This document shows, in pieces, positions 21,256 through 31,905 of a DNA stretch of 64,000 bases. Positions within the stretch are counted from its first letter, which is position 1. Each line of letters opens with the position of its first letter. The position numbers and the translations under genes are program-made. The stretch is from positions 576,001 through 640,000 of the forward strand of contig CAVZVA010000005.1 of assembly GCA_963778655.1 (NCBI GenBank), read 5' to 3'. The notes beneath the pieces are model-generated. The model was not told the origin of the DNA. It was given only the letters and a program-made list of their open reading frames with translations, and did no database searches. The stretch is from an uncultured delta proteobacterium. GTDB lineage: Bacteria; Myxococcota_A; Polyangia; Polyangiales; JAFGIB01.

Positions 21256-22563
21256 TTAGCCAGGGCGCGCGCGGTGACGCGGCTCGGCCAGCTTGAGCGC
21301 GATGATCGCGACCGCTGCCGCCTGCAGCAGGACCGCGAGCCAGAACATGGGGCGATACGAGAGCGTGGCGATCAGCAGCCCACCGAGCAGCGGCGCCGCC
21401 ACCGCCACTGCCTGCTCGCCGCTCTGCGCCAGCGCGATACGCATCGGCAGGTCTTCACGGTCGCCGAACTCGAGCACCAAGTTGGTGCTGCCCAACTGGA
21501 ATCCGCCTTGACCCGCACCCAGTCCGACGAAGCCCAGCATCAGCGCCGGCAAACCGCCGCCATACATCAGCAGCAGCGTCGAGCCAGCCCAGGTCAGCAA
21601 CGACCAGCCGAGCACGCTGCGAAATCCGCGCCGGTCTCCCAGCAGACCCCAGAGCACGGCGCTGGCGGTCTGGGCGATGAAATAAGCCGCGGTCAGCAGG
21701 CCCATGACCTTGCCCGACAGCGCCATCTGCTTGCCGGCGTAGATTGCGTAATAGGGGACCGCCATCCGCCCCGCAGCGCCGAGCGCGCGCGCCCACATAT
21801 ACGCGCGGTAGTTAGCGTCGGCGCGCAGCAGCTCGGGCAGCTCGCGCAGCCGGGCGGCGAGCTTGCGCTGCGGCCGCACCCCGGGCGACTCGGGCTCGTG
21901 CATTGTCAGCAGCACCAGCAGCCCTGCGCTGGCCAGCGCAAAGGCGAGCAGAAAGACGGTCGCGTAGCCGTTGCCGAGCGCGTTGCGCTCGACCAGATAG
22001 CCGCCCACGAACGCGATGCTCGAGGCGACCAGGCCCGCAAGGGTGTTGCGCAGGCCGACCAGCGCGCCGCGCCGCTCGACCGGAATGACCTTCGAGACCA
22101 GGAACGAGAAGGTCACGCTCTGCATCCCGGTGAAGAAGCCGTACAGACCCAGGAACACGCAGATGGCGACCAGGTTGGCGTGCCTGCCGAGCAAGTAGCC
22201 GGCCAGCGCTAGCCCCAGCACCGACAGGCGCATCGCCGCACCCGTGCCGAACACCATCGGCAACACCTTGCGGCGGTGCTCGATCAGGGTGGCGCCGATC
22301 ACCGGCGTCAGAAACGTGCCCAGCGCCTGGCACGCGCGCGCCAGCCCGACCATGCCATCCGAGCCCGACAGCGCGTACACGTAGGCCGGCAGAAAGGTCG
22401 GCGCCTGGATCATGCGGAAGCCGGTCTGACCCAGCAGGCCGTGGATCAAGTGCGCCGCGAAGTTGCGCGGTAGGTGCCGCCGCACCTCGCGCTGGAATTG
22501 CGCCTCCGCGTCCGGCACAGCCGCGGGCGCCTCGTTCGAGCCTTCTGCCTGCGTGAGCTCCAA
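21256..22563 (-). CDS. MFS transporter
   Basis: About 12 hydrophobic segments; GLLGDRRG motif A. Confidence 0.85.
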   Translation of the reverse strand: MELTQAEGSNEAPAAVPDAEAQFQREVRRHLPRNFAAHLIHGLLGQTGFRMIQAPTFLPAYVYALSGSDGMVGLARACQALGTFLTPVIGATLIEHRRKVLPMVFGTGAAMRLSVLGLALAGYLLGRHANLVAICVFLGLYGFFTGMQSVTFSFLVSKVIPVERRGALVGLRNTLAGLVASSIAFVGGYLVERNALGNGYATVFLLAFALASAGLLVLLTMHEPESPGVRPQRKLAARLRELPELLRADANYRAYMWARALGAAGRMAVPYYAIYAGKQMALSGKVMGLLTAAYFIAQTASAVLWGLLGDRRGFRSVLGWSLLTWAGSTLLLMYGGGLPALMLGFVGLGAGQGGFQLGSTNLVLEFGDREDLPMRIALAQSGEQAVAVAAPLLGGLLIATLSYRPMFWLAVLLQAAAVAIIALKLAEPRHRARPG

Positions 22564-22660
22564 GCCGGTCCTCGTCCCGCGTCCGCCCGCGCGCCGCGTT
22601 TGCCCGCGTGCGCCGACCCGGCTACAAACCCGAGCCTGGGCTGCCGGGGCCCCGGGATCG

Positions 22661-24085
22661 ATGCACTTCCACTCCCTCGACTACCTCGTGTTCCTGGCCT
22701 TGGTGCTCGGCGGCTATTGGCTGCTCGCCCAGCGCCACATCCCGCGCCTCTCGCTGGTCGTCCTCTCGTCGTGTCTGTTCTACATGGCGTGGCAGCCCGC
22801 GTACGTCCTGCTGCTGCTGACGTCGTGTGTGCTCGACTACAGCGTCGGCCTGGCCATGGCAGGCGCGCGTAGCCAGCGCGCCAGACGCGCTTGGCTGTTG
22901 CTCAGCCTTGGCGGCAACCTCGGGCTACTGGGGACCTTCAAGTACTACAATTTCTTCGCCGCGGCCACGGCCCAGACCCTGGCCCTGTTCGGCTTGCACA
23001 CCCATCCCAGTCACCTCGACGTCCTGCTTCCGGTCGGTATCTCCTTCTATACATTCGAATCGCTGAGCTACACCATCGACGTCTACCGCGGGCAGCTGAA
23101 ACCGGTCCGCAACTTCCTCCACTTCGCGTTCTTTCTCAGCTTCTTCCCGCACCTGGTGGCGGGGCCAATCGTACGCGCCAGCGACTTCCTGCCGCAGCTG
23201 CAGCGGCCACCGCGGCTGTCGTCGACCGCGGTCGGCGAGGGCCTATTCCTGATCGCCGTCGGCATGATCAAGAAGGTGGCGGTCGCGGACTACGTGGCGA
23301 TCAACCTGGTCGACCGCGTGTTCGACGACCCGAGCGCCTACACCTCGCCGGAGGTGATGCTCGCGCTCTATGCCTACACCCTGCAGATCTACTGCGACTT
23401 CTCGGGTTACACCGATGTGGCGCGCGGCTCGGCCAAGCTGTTCGGCCTGCAGCTGCCGGAGAACTTCAATCGCCCCTATCAGGCGCGCAGCCCGGCCGAG
23501 TTCTGGCGCCGCTGGCACATGACCCTTTCCACGTGGCTGCGCGACTACGTCTACTATCCGCTGGGCGGCTCGCGCACGTCTTCGTTGCGCGCGTACTTCA
23601 ACCTGGGCCTAACCATGTTCTTGATCGGGCTGTGGCACGGCGCCGCCTGGACCTTCGTGGTCTACGGGCTGTTGCAGTCGGCCGCCATGCTGATCCACCG
23701 CTACTTCTATCGGCGCTCGGGCCGCACCAGCCAGAGCGTCGACCGGCCGCTGATCCACGTGCTCAAGGTGCTAGGCACGCTGCACTTCGTAGTGCTCTCG
23801 CGCATCTTCTTCCGCTCGGCGGATCTGCACAACGCGCGCGACGTGGCCGGACAACTGGTGAGCGGATCGATGGCCTCGATCGGACACGTGCAGGCCAGCG
23901 TGCTGCTGGTGCTGGTGCTCGGCTACGCGGCCCACTACGCCCCGCGCAGCTGGTTCGAGCGGCTGAGCCAGCGCTTCGTGCTGCTTCCGGCGCCGCTGCA
24001 GGGCGCGGTGCTGGCCGCGGTCTCGGGGGGGTTGATGCTGGTGGCCTCGCAAGATGTTGTACCCTACATCTACTTCCAGTTCTGA
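22661..24085 (+). CDS. MBOAT O-acyltransferase (AlgI/PatA family)
   Basis: LPVGISFYTF, FFPHLVAGPI, QIYCDFSGYTD, FWRRWHMTLSTWLRDY, GLWHG and YIYFQF motifs. Confidence 0.95.
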   Translation: MHFHSLDYLVFLALVLGGYWLLAQRHIPRLSLVVLSSCLFYMAWQPAYVLLLLTSCVLDYSVGLAMAGARSQRARRAWLLLSLGGNLGLLGTFKYYNFFAAATAQTLALFGLHTHPSHLDVLLPVGISFYTFESLSYTIDVYRGQLKPVRNFLHFAFFLSFFPHLVAGPIVRASDFLPQLQRPPRLSSTAVGEGLFLIAVGMIKKVAVADYVAINLVDRVFDDPSAYTSPEVMLALYAYTLQIYCDFSGYTDVARGSAKLFGLQLPENFNRPYQARSPAEFWRRWHMTLSTWLRDYVYYPLGGSRTSSLRAYFNLGLTMFLIGLWHGAAWTFVVYGLLQSAAMLIHRYFYRRSGRTSQSVDRPLIHVLKVLGTLHFVVLSRIFFRSADLHNARDVAGQLVSGSMASIGHVQASVLLVLVLGYAAHYAPRSWFERLSQRFVLLPAPLQGAVLAAVSGGLMLVASQDVVPYIYFQF

Positions 24086-24113
24086 CCCGTCCCGGGCGGG
24101 GTCGGCACGGCGG

Positions 24114-25649
24114 ATGCAGATGTCCTCAACAGGCGACGAAGGCGGCGCGGCGTTCGACTCCACGAAGGAGGCGGTCCGGCGCCTGGGGCTGGCGCTGGGC
24201 TCGCTGGCGTTGCTGGGTCTCTGCACCTACGCCCTCCCCGGGACCAAGCGCCTGCGGCCTTGGGTCTCGGGCGAGGGCGTGCCGATCGCGCGCATGTTTC
24301 GCGATGCGCCCGAGTCGCTGCCCGGCTTCGCCGAGGCCGCGACCCAGACCAATGCCGACGTCGGCAGCGCACAGGGGGCGGCGAGCCTCGGGGCGCAGGT
24401 CGCCGCCAACCTGGGCGGCTCCGCGGCGCGGCCGCCACCGAGCGACGTGCCGCCCGAGGCCGGCGCGCCACCGCGTGCGCGCATCGATCCAGGCGAGTAC
24501 GCCGGCATCACCCAGCTGATCGAGCACCCCGAAGCGCTGCAGGCGTTCTTCGCCAAGCTGGCCTTGACCGCCGCGCGGGTGCCGGGGGCCAAGACGCGCA
24601 TCGCGCACTACGGCGATTCGGCGGTCGCTGCCGACGCCATCAGCTCGACCGCGCGGCGCCGTTTTCAGCACCGCTTCGGAGACGCGGGCCACGGCTTCGT
24701 GTTGGTTGCGCGCGGCCAGATGCACTACATCCACAAGGACGTCTCGTATCACAGCAGCGGAGACTGGGACGTCTACTCGATCGTGGAGAACCCGATCCGC
24801 CCCGGCTACTACGGCTACGGCGGTATCCAGACGCGGGCCCACGCCGGCGCGCGCGCGTACATCAGCACGGTCAAGGAAGGCGAGATCGGCCGCAGCGTCT
24901 CGCGCTTCGAGCTGTTCTACCAGCGCTTCCCCGGAGGGGGCGCGCTCGATCTCAGGATCGACGGCAAGCACCAGGAGACCGTGCATACCGCGGCTGACCA
25001 CGTCGAGGACGCGTGGGAGGCCTTCGACCTGCCGGACGGCCCGCACTCCTTCGCGCTGCGGGCGCTCGGCACCGCGCGCATCTACGGGCTGGCGCTCGAG
25101 CGCGGCGGACCGGGCGTGGTCTACGACTCGCTCGGCATGGTCGGGGCGCGCGCCGAGCGCCTGCTCAACGCCGAGCCCGATCACATCCACCGCCAGATCG
25201 CACACCGCGATCCAGATCTGTTGGTGCTCGGCTTCGGGGGCAACGAAACCGACAACCCCTGGCTCAACATCGATCGCTACGAGCGGCGCCTGGTGCAGGT
25301 GGTGCGGCTGATGCGGGCGGCCAAGCCCGAGATGTCGTGTCTGCTGCTGGGCCCGCTCGACCAGGCCGAGCGCAATCAGCGCGGGCGCATCGTTACCATC
25401 AAGACCTTGCCCAAGATCGTGGACGTGCAGCGCCGCGTTTCGGAACAGGAGCACTGCGCGTTCTTCGACACCTTCACCGCGATGGGTGGCAGCGGATCGA
25501 TGGCGGCGTGGCTGCACAGCCATCCGCGGCTGGCCACCTCGGACCTCAGGCACGCCACGCCGGCCGGTTACGAGGTGGTTGGCAACATGTACTACAAGGC
25601 GTTGCTCAAGGCGTTCGCCGACTACTTGACCGCGCGCGGCAGCTCCTGA
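24114..25649 (+). CDS. SGNH/GDSL O-acetyltransferase or esterase (PatB-like), N-terminally anchored
   Basis: YGDS, GFGGNE and DLRH motifs; follows the MBOAT gene. Confidence 0.82.
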   Translation: MQMSSTGDEGGAAFDSTKEAVRRLGLALGSLALLGLCTYALPGTKRLRPWVSGEGVPIARMFRDAPESLPGFAEAATQTNADVGSAQGAASLGAQVAANLGGSAARPPPSDVPPEAGAPPRARIDPGEYAGITQLIEHPEALQAFFAKLALTAARVPGAKTRIAHYGDSAVAADAISSTARRRFQHRFGDAGHGFVLVARGQMHYIHKDVSYHSSGDWDVYSIVENPIRPGYYGYGGIQTRAHAGARAYISTVKEGEIGRSVSRFELFYQRFPGGGALDLRIDGKHQETVHTAADHVEDAWEAFDLPDGPHSFALRALGTARIYGLALERGGPGVVYDSLGMVGARAERLLNAEPDHIHRQIAHRDPDLLVLGFGGNETDNPWLNIDRYERRLVQVVRLMRAAKPEMSCLLLGPLDQAERNQRGRIVTIKTLPKIVDVQRRVSEQEHCAFFDTFTAMGGSGSMAAWLHSHPRLATSDLRHATPAGYEVVGNMYYKALLKAFADYLTARGSS

Positions 25650-27145
25650 GCGCCGGCGCTCGGCCGCAGCGAAGCGGCGCCCGCCACGTCGACGCCTTGC
25701 GCCTGGCTGGCCAAGGGTTGGGCGCCTACCGCGGGCGGCGTGGCGGGCGCGGAGTCCGGCTCGAAGCCCGCGAGCAACGCGTCGTAGAGCACGTTGCCGA
25801 GCCGCTCGTAGCCGGCCATGGTGAAGTGCACATAGTCGCGCGTGCCGAGCGGCGGGTCGGCGTCGACCCAGCGCAGCATCGACATCGGGCCGCCCATGAA
25901 GCGCACCAGGTCGAAGAAGCCGCAGCCGAGCTCGGCGGCCACGCGGCGTTGGGTGGCGACGATTTCTGCGGTGCGGGGGCGCGGGCTGAAGCTGCCGTCC
26001 TGCTCGCGCACCGGCCGATCCGAGGGACCGATCAGCAAGCACGAGGCGCCCGGCACGACTTGGTGCACGCGCTGAACCACGCGGCGCAGATCGCCCTCGT
26101 ACTGCTCGATCGGCACGTCGTCGTCGCCCGATTCGTTGGTGCCGTAGGCGAGCACGACCAGGTCGGGTTTGCGACGCGCGAGGTGCTCGCGATAGAGCGC
26201 GTCGTCGAAGTACAGGTGGTCGCGCACGCGCGTGCCGGGCACGCCCAGGGTGTCGAGGATCACGCCCGGCGTCTCGCGCTCGAGCGCGACGCCAAACACG
26301 CGCACCGGACCGTCACCCGCGGTGTGCAGCTCCAGCCGGTGCTCGCCGTCGCCTGGCTCGAAGCTGAGGTAGCCGGGCTCACGTCGCTTGTCGGTGGTCG
26401 CGATGCGCCGCGCGGGCTTGCCGTCTATCGAGACGCTCAAGTGGCCCCCGCCGGGTTGCTTCAGGTAGTACAGCTCCAGGTGCGAGCTGCGCGCGCTCAG
26501 GTCGCCCGCCGGTCGGGTCTCGAGCGCGGCACGGGCCGGCCGATTGCGACGCGCGTCGAGCGCCACGCCCGCCAGCCCGTACATGCCTTCCACTGGTGCG
26601 CGCTCCTTGATGCGGAAGGCGTGCAGCCCGCGGCTCGGATCGATGTGAACGCCCGCGTGCCGGTACCAGCGCCAGGGTTTGCCGGGCAGCACGAAGCCCA
26701 GGCCTGCATCGCCGAAGCGCTGCTGCAGCCGCTCGCGTACCACGCCGGTGAACAGATCGCTGGCGACGTGCGAGGCGCCGTAGAACACGATGCGGGCTTG
26801 GCCGGCTCCGCTCTGCGCGCGGCGCAGCGCGGCGTGGAACGCATCGAGCGCGCGGGCGCTCGGATCCTCGATCGGGATTGCGGTGCCGAGCGGGCTCTCG
26901 GCGCTGGCCGCTTCCTCTTGTGCGGGCGGCGTCGCCGGCGCTGCCGGTGACCGTGCCGCCGCCGGGTCGCCGGCCGGCTTGGCCGCCGGCGCTTGCGGCG
27001 AGCGCGCCGCCACCGCGGCCATCGCCGCGCGTTCGGGTTGTTGTGCGCCCGCCGAGCGCACGCAGCCGCACAGCGAGGCCGCGACCAGTCCGATCGCGAC
27101 GCCCGTCAACCGCCAGCGCAGCTCGCGCGCGCGAGAAACTCCCAC
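25622..27145 (-). CDS. SGNH/GDSL lipoprotein (PatB-like paralogue; start approximate)
   Basis: YGASH, AYGTNE and DYVH motifs; lipobox LCGC. Confidence 0.8.
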   Translation of the reverse strand: MGVSRARELRWRLTGVAIGLVAASLCGCVRSAGAQQPERAAMAAVAARSPQAPAAKPAGDPAAARSPAAPATPPAQEEAASAESPLGTAIPIEDPSARALDAFHAALRRAQSGAGQARIVFYGASHVASDLFTGVVRERLQQRFGDAGLGFVLPGKPWRWYRHAGVHIDPSRGLHAFRIKERAPVEGMYGLAGVALDARRNRPARAALETRPAGDLSARSSHLELYYLKQPGGGHLSVSIDGKPARRIATTDKRREPGYLSFEPGDGEHRLELHTAGDGPVRVFGVALERETPGVILDTLGVPGTRVRDHLYFDDALYREHLARRKPDLVVLAYGTNESGDDDVPIEQYEGDLRRVVQRVHQVVPGASCLLIGPSDRPVREQDGSFSPRPRTAEIVATQRRVAAELGCGFFDLVRFMGGPMSMLRWVDADPPLGTRDYVHFTMAGYERLGNVLYDALLAGFEPDSAPATPPAVGAQPLASQAQGVDVAGAASLRPSAGAQELPRAVK

Positions 27146-27210
27146 CCTTCGACTCTGACAAGCCGGAGCACGCGGGGCAAATTCGCGAGGCACTGCGGCG
27201 AGCGCTGCGC

Positions 27211-27534
27211 TCAGTGACCCGCGCCGCCCGTGCCGTTGACGCCGGCGCCGGTGCACATCTGCGTGTCGAAGGTGCACATGGCGGAGCACAGCAGCTGCCC
27301 GCCGCTGAACTGTCCCATGCTCTGACAGTTCTGACCCTGCAGGTCCGAGCCGTCGCACTGCTCGCTGCTGCCCACGTCGACCTTGCCGTTGCCGCAGCCG
27401 GTGGCCGCCGCGCCATTGCCGGCCGTGCCGTTGGCCGTGTCGTCGAGCGTGCTCGCGCCCTTGGCGCATGCGCCCAGCCCGAGCGCCAGCGCAACGGCGC
27501 AGGCGCGGAAGAAGATGTGGCCCGAGGCAGTCAT
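27211..27534 (-). CDS. Small Cys-rich lipoprotein (myxobacterial disulfide repeat)
   Basis: Lipobox LGAC; CGNGKVD...EQCDGSDLQGQNC; GAGGAG RBS. Confidence 0.75.
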   Translation of the reverse strand: MTASGHIFFRACAVALALGLGACAKGASTLDDTANGTAGNGAAATGCGNGKVDVGSSEQCDGSDLQGQNCQSMGQFSGGQLLCSAMCTFDTQMCTGAGVNGTGGAGH

Positions 27535-27815
27535 GCCGTGCTCCTCATTTGATTTGGTTGCTCCACCCCAGTTTGTCCTACCTGACTGATCCCGCTCACC
27601 CAGCCCGCCACCCGCACTTTCGAAGAAACCGCCAGCCCGTGCAAGCCTCACCAATCCCTAAGTGTGAGGCAGGCCCGGCTTCGGCTCCCGGAATCCACCT
27701 TAGCACAGATGGGCGTGTGGCCAGCCCGCTCGGGCGCGGGACTTGAAGGGCACTCAAAGTCCGGGAGCTGGCCGTGAACGTGCCTGCGCCGCGCAGGTTG
27801 TTGCTCGGTTGGCGC

Positions 27816-28640
27816 CTACATGCAGGCCTGCATCGGGCACGCGCTCGCGCACTTGTCGGCTGAGCACTGGGCGAGCCGAGCCGACCGGGCGCAGGAGTTG
27901 GTGTCCGGTCCGGTGGTCGCGCAGTTGGTCATCACCATCGGCCCGTTGGTGACGGCCCCGGCCCCCGGCGTCACGCCCGCGGCCGTCTCGATCTCATTGG
28001 CGCACGGCCCCATCGCGTAGTTGCTGCCGAGCGCATCGCAGGTCGCGCCGCACAGGCAGCAGGTGCCCGAGCAGTTGTTGGTCTTGGCACAGGCCACTAC
28101 GGCGTTGCCGGCGGCGTCGTCCTTCAGTGCCATCAGCTCAGTCTGGCAGTTACCGGCCTGGCACAGGCAGCGCTCGCAGTCGCCGACCGTGGTACCGGCG
28201 GCCATCACGCCATCGAGGCAGCTCTGCACGCTGGGGTCGACCATGCCCGCGTCCGAGCCCGCGCCCGCACTGCCCGCCGCCCCCGAGCCGGCCGCGCCCA
28301 TGCCGCCGGTGCCCACGGTCGCGCCGCCGGTGCCCGTGCCGCCGGTGCCCATGGCCATGCTCCCCCCGGTGCCAGCAGCCATCTGGCCGCCGGTGCCCGC
28401 GGCCGTGCCGCCGGTGCCCGTGGCCGTGCCGCCGCTGCCCGTGCCGGCGCCGCCGGTTCCCACCGCCGCGCCCCCGCTGCCCGCGGGCAGCTGCGAGCTG
28501 CCGCCGGTGCCAACCGCAGCCCCGTTGCCCCCGGTGGCATTCGCCGGGTTCCAGCCGTTGTTCTTCTTGCAAGCCGTCCCCGCAAAGGCCAGCGCCAGGC
28601 ACGAGACCAACGTCGTCCATTTCCAAGAGTAAGCAGTCAT
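27816..28640 (-). CDS. Cys-rich lipoprotein with Gly/Thr/Ala-rich linker
   Basis: Lipobox-like GTAC, GTGG repeats and a Cys-rich C-terminal domain. Confidence 0.75.
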   Translation of the reverse strand: MTAYSWKWTTLVSCLALAFAGTACKKNNGWNPANATGGNGAAVGTGGSSQLPAGSGGAAVGTGGAGTGSGGTATGTGGTAAGTGGQMAAGTGGSMAMGTGGTGTGGATVGTGGMGAAGSGAAGSAGAGSDAGMVDPSVQSCLDGVMAAGTTVGDCERCLCQAGNCQTELMALKDDAAGNAVVACAKTNNCSGTCCLCGATCDALGSNYAMGPCANEIETAAGVTPGAGAVTNGPMVMTNCATTGPDTNSCARSARLAQCSADKCASACPMQACM

Positions 28641-28899
28641 CTGTAGATCCAGCCTTCCAGTCGATCGACCCACCCGGCGGTGCTCTAACCCCAGCCTCTG
28701 GAGCCGTCAACAGGCCGATGATGCCCGAGGCAGGGGAGGGCATGGCACAGGGCGCCAGCAGCCGTGGCCGATTAGGGTCCCAGCCGTAGGGGCCGGACAA
28801 GAGGTTCCAGGCGGGTGGCCCGACGTGCAGTGTTTTGCGCACGGGCTGCGCGTTGCGCCGCCGTGGCGCCCGACTACCATACGCTGCGGGACAGGGACG

Positions 28900-30132
28900 G
28901 TGAGGGTGGCAACGATCCGCGGCCGATTCTCGTGGTGCGTGCTGGCAAGCCTGGCTTGCGGCTGCAGCGCCATCGTCGATCCGAGCGGCCTTCTGGTCCA
29001 CTGCGAGCTCGCCGACGATGGCACTGATCCGTGCCAGGTCGACGGCATGGTCTGCACCGACGGCACATGTCAGGCGTGCAAGCCCGAGACCGAGTTGTGC
29101 GACGGGCACGACAACGACTGCGACGGCAAGGTCGACGAGGGCTTCGACACCGACGGCGACGGCTTCACCTGGTGTGGCGGCGGCCATCCGGAGTTGGCCG
29201 ACTGCGCGCCCAACGACGGCACGATTCACCCGGCGGTGACGGAGCCCGACGGCAGTGTGCAGACACCGGTCGAGGCTTGCGACGGCAAGGACAACGATTG
29301 CGACGGCAAGATCGACGAGGATTCGAAGTGCGATTCGCTGCGCTCCTGCGCCGACACAGGCTGTCCCACGGATCTCACCTGCGACACGCAGGCCAATCAG
29401 TGCGTCGCCCCGCGCGACAGCGGCAACCTCTGCAAGAGCGACGCCGAGTGCGGCACGGGCTTCTGCATCAGCACCACTGCGCTCGGCCTGGACAATGTGC
29501 TCGCGGACAAGCTGTGCGGTAGCGCGTGCTGCAAGGACTCCGACTGTCCGGACGCCAGCGTGTGCACCCTGTCGGGCAGCGGGGCCCGCGTCTGCCTGCC
29601 GGCCGAGATCGCAGGCAGGCAGCGAGGTCAGGCAGGCGACAACTGCAATCGGTCGTCGGACTGCGCTTCCGGCGTTTGCCAGCGGAATAAGTGCATCGCC
29701 ACCTGCAGCCGTGACTCGGACTGCGAGGGCGAGACCTGCAGGGCCAACGTGCTGGGCTCGAGCCTGCTCTCGGGGGCAGGCGTGTTCATCTGCGGCCAAG
29801 CGGCGGGCCGCGGCAGCGCGGGCGACCTGTGCACCGCGTTCGATCCCACCTCGTGCAAGTCGGGTCTGTGTCTGGGCGTGCAGTGCGCCGCGCCTTGTGC
29901 CTCGGACTCGGACTGCACGGGGGGCCTGGTGTGCCGCTACGTCAGCGTCCAGGGGCTACTGGGCGCCGGCGGGCGCGTGACCGTGTGCATGGACCCGAGC
30001 ACGCAGCAGGGCGAAGCGCCGGACCCCACCTGCTGCACCAGCGCCGATTGCAGCAAGGGCGAGGCCTGTCGCCCGATGCAAAACGGCCAGGACTGGGGCA
30101 TGTATTGCATGCCCCAGAACGGGCCCCAGTAA
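28900..30132 (+). CDS. Cys-rich lipoprotein with MopE-like putative metal-binding repeats
   Basis: ELCDGHDNDCDGKVDEG and EACDGKDNDCDGKIDE, DTDGDG, several CxxDxDC repeats. Confidence 0.8.
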   Translation: MRVATIRGRFSWCVLASLACGCSAIVDPSGLLVHCELADDGTDPCQVDGMVCTDGTCQACKPETELCDGHDNDCDGKVDEGFDTDGDGFTWCGGGHPELADCAPNDGTIHPAVTEPDGSVQTPVEACDGKDNDCDGKIDEDSKCDSLRSCADTGCPTDLTCDTQANQCVAPRDSGNLCKSDAECGTGFCISTTALGLDNVLADKLCGSACCKDSDCPDASVCTLSGSGARVCLPAEIAGRQRGQAGDNCNRSSDCASGVCQRNKCIATCSRDSDCEGETCRANVLGSSLLSGAGVFICGQAAGRGSAGDLCTAFDPTSCKSGLCLGVQCAAPCASDSDCTGGLVCRYVSVQGLLGAGGRVTVCMDPSTQQGEAPDPTCCTSADCSKGEACRPMQNGQDWGMYCMPQNGPQ

Positions 30133-30154
30133 CGCGCCCGAGCGGGCCACACGC

Positions 30155-31717
30155 GTGAGCGCCGAGCCGATGCAGACCGAGCCGCCGACGATCTGCCACC
30201 ACGTGGCAGCGCACGCCGCGGAGCGCCCACACGCCCGTGCTGTGTGGTGCGAAGAGCGCGCGCGCAGCTGGGCCGAGCTGCAGGCACGCATCGAACAGGT
30301 GGCGGCCGCGCTGCACGCGCTCGGCGTCCGCAAGGGCGACAAGGTGGCGATCCTCGGGCGCAGCTCGCTGGAGGCGCTCGAGGCGTTCCTGGGCGCACTG
30401 CGCGCCGGCTGCTGTGCGGTGCCGCTCGCCGGCACCACGCTGCCTGAAACGCAGCGGCTGTTGCTCGACGACAGTGACGCCAAGGTGCTCTTCTGCAGCG
30501 ACGACGCGCGCCCCAGCCTCGCGGGCGTCGCAGACGATTTGCCCAAGCTGCTGCCGGGCGCGAGGATCGCGCTCGACTTCGAGGCCGCGGGCTTCGAGGG
30601 CTTCGAGGCCTGGCTGGGCACGCCGCATCCGCCCTGTCCCGACCCTCGGCTCGCGTCCGGCGACGCATTCAACTTGATCTACAGCTCGGGCACCACGGGC
30701 GTGCCCAAGGGCATTCTGCACAGCCACGCCATGCGCGCGGGCACCATCGGCCGCGCGCAGCGCTGGGGCTTCGTCCCCGGCGCGGTCAACCTCACCTCGA
30801 CGCCGCTCTATTCCAACACGACCATGGCGGCATTGCTGCCCGCGCTGGCTGGCGGCGCAACCACGCTGCTGATGCGCAAGTTCGACGAGCGCCGCTTTCT
30901 GGAGCTCAGCCTGAGCGCGCGCGTGACTCACGCCATGCTGGTTCCGGTGCAGTACCAGCGCTTGCTCGCGCACCCTGATTTCGATCGCTTCGATCTCTCG
31001 AGCTACCAGCTCAAGCTCAGCACCAGCGCGCCGCTGCGGGCCGCGCTCAAGCGCGAGATCCTGGCGCGCTGGCCGGGCGAGCTGGTCGAGATCTACGGCC
31101 TCACCGAGGGTGGGGCGGTGTGCATTCTCGAAGCGCGCAAGCACCAGGACAAGCTGCACACGGTGGGGCGGCCCCTGGCCGGCGCCGACGTGCGCGTCAT
31201 CGACGAAGCCGGGCACGAGCTGCCTACGGGACAGGTCGGCGAGATCGTGGGTCGCCAGGCGGTGATGATGAGCGGCTACTACAAGAAGCCCGCCGAGACC
31301 GCCGCGATCATGTGGCAGGACGCCGAGGGGCGGACCTTCCAGCGCACAGGCGACCTCGGCCGCTTCGACCAGGACGGCTTTCTGGAGCTGCTGGACCGCA
31401 AGAAGGACGTGATCATTTCGGGCGGCTTCAACGTGTACGCGGTGGACTTGGAGGCGGTGCTCTCGCGTCATGAGTCGGTGGCCGACGTGGCGGTGATCGC
31501 GGTGCCGTCCGAGCGCTGGGGCGAAAGCCCGCTGGCGCTGGTCGTGCTGCGAGCCGGCCATTTCGCCGAGCCCGACGCGCTGCTGGCATGGGCGAACGAG
31601 CGGCTGGGCAAGACCCAGCGCCTGGCCGGGGTCGAGCTGCGCGCGAGTCTTCCACGCAGCGCGATCGGCAAGCTGCTCAAGCGTGAGCTGCGCGCGCCGT
31701 ACTGGCAGGGCCGCTGA
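30155..31717 (+). CDS. Class I adenylate-forming enzyme (acyl-CoA ligase)
   Basis: YSSGTTGVPKG, YGLTEGG, RTGDLG, DRKKDVIISGG and GKLLKRELR motifs. Confidence 0.92.
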   Translation: MSAEPMQTEPPTICHHVAAHAAERPHARAVWCEERARSWAELQARIEQVAAALHALGVRKGDKVAILGRSSLEALEAFLGALRAGCCAVPLAGTTLPETQRLLLDDSDAKVLFCSDDARPSLAGVADDLPKLLPGARIALDFEAAGFEGFEAWLGTPHPPCPDPRLASGDAFNLIYSSGTTGVPKGILHSHAMRAGTIGRAQRWGFVPGAVNLTSTPLYSNTTMAALLPALAGGATTLLMRKFDERRFLELSLSARVTHAMLVPVQYQRLLAHPDFDRFDLSSYQLKLSTSAPLRAALKREILARWPGELVEIYGLTEGGAVCILEARKHQDKLHTVGRPLAGADVRVIDEAGHELPTGQVGEIVGRQAVMMSGYYKKPAETAAIMWQDAEGRTFQRTGDLGRFDQDGFLELLDRKKDVIISGGFNVYAVDLEAVLSRHESVADVAVIAVPSERWGESPLALVVLRAGHFAEPDALLAWANERLGKTQRLAGVELRASLPRSAIGKLLKRELRAPYWQGR

Positions 31718-31905
31718 CCCCTGCGCTTGTGGCCGGGCAACCAGATACCCCCCCAAACACTAGGGAGCTCGGGCCGAAATGCATGGAAAGCATTCCGCTT
31801 TCGAGCGAGCAAAAGTTCATGTTGGGGGCTTGGTTCGAGGTACGGCCGGGGCCTACAGTACGCAAGGTGCACATCGCTCGCATGCGCCTCCAAGGGAAGC
31901 TCCCC

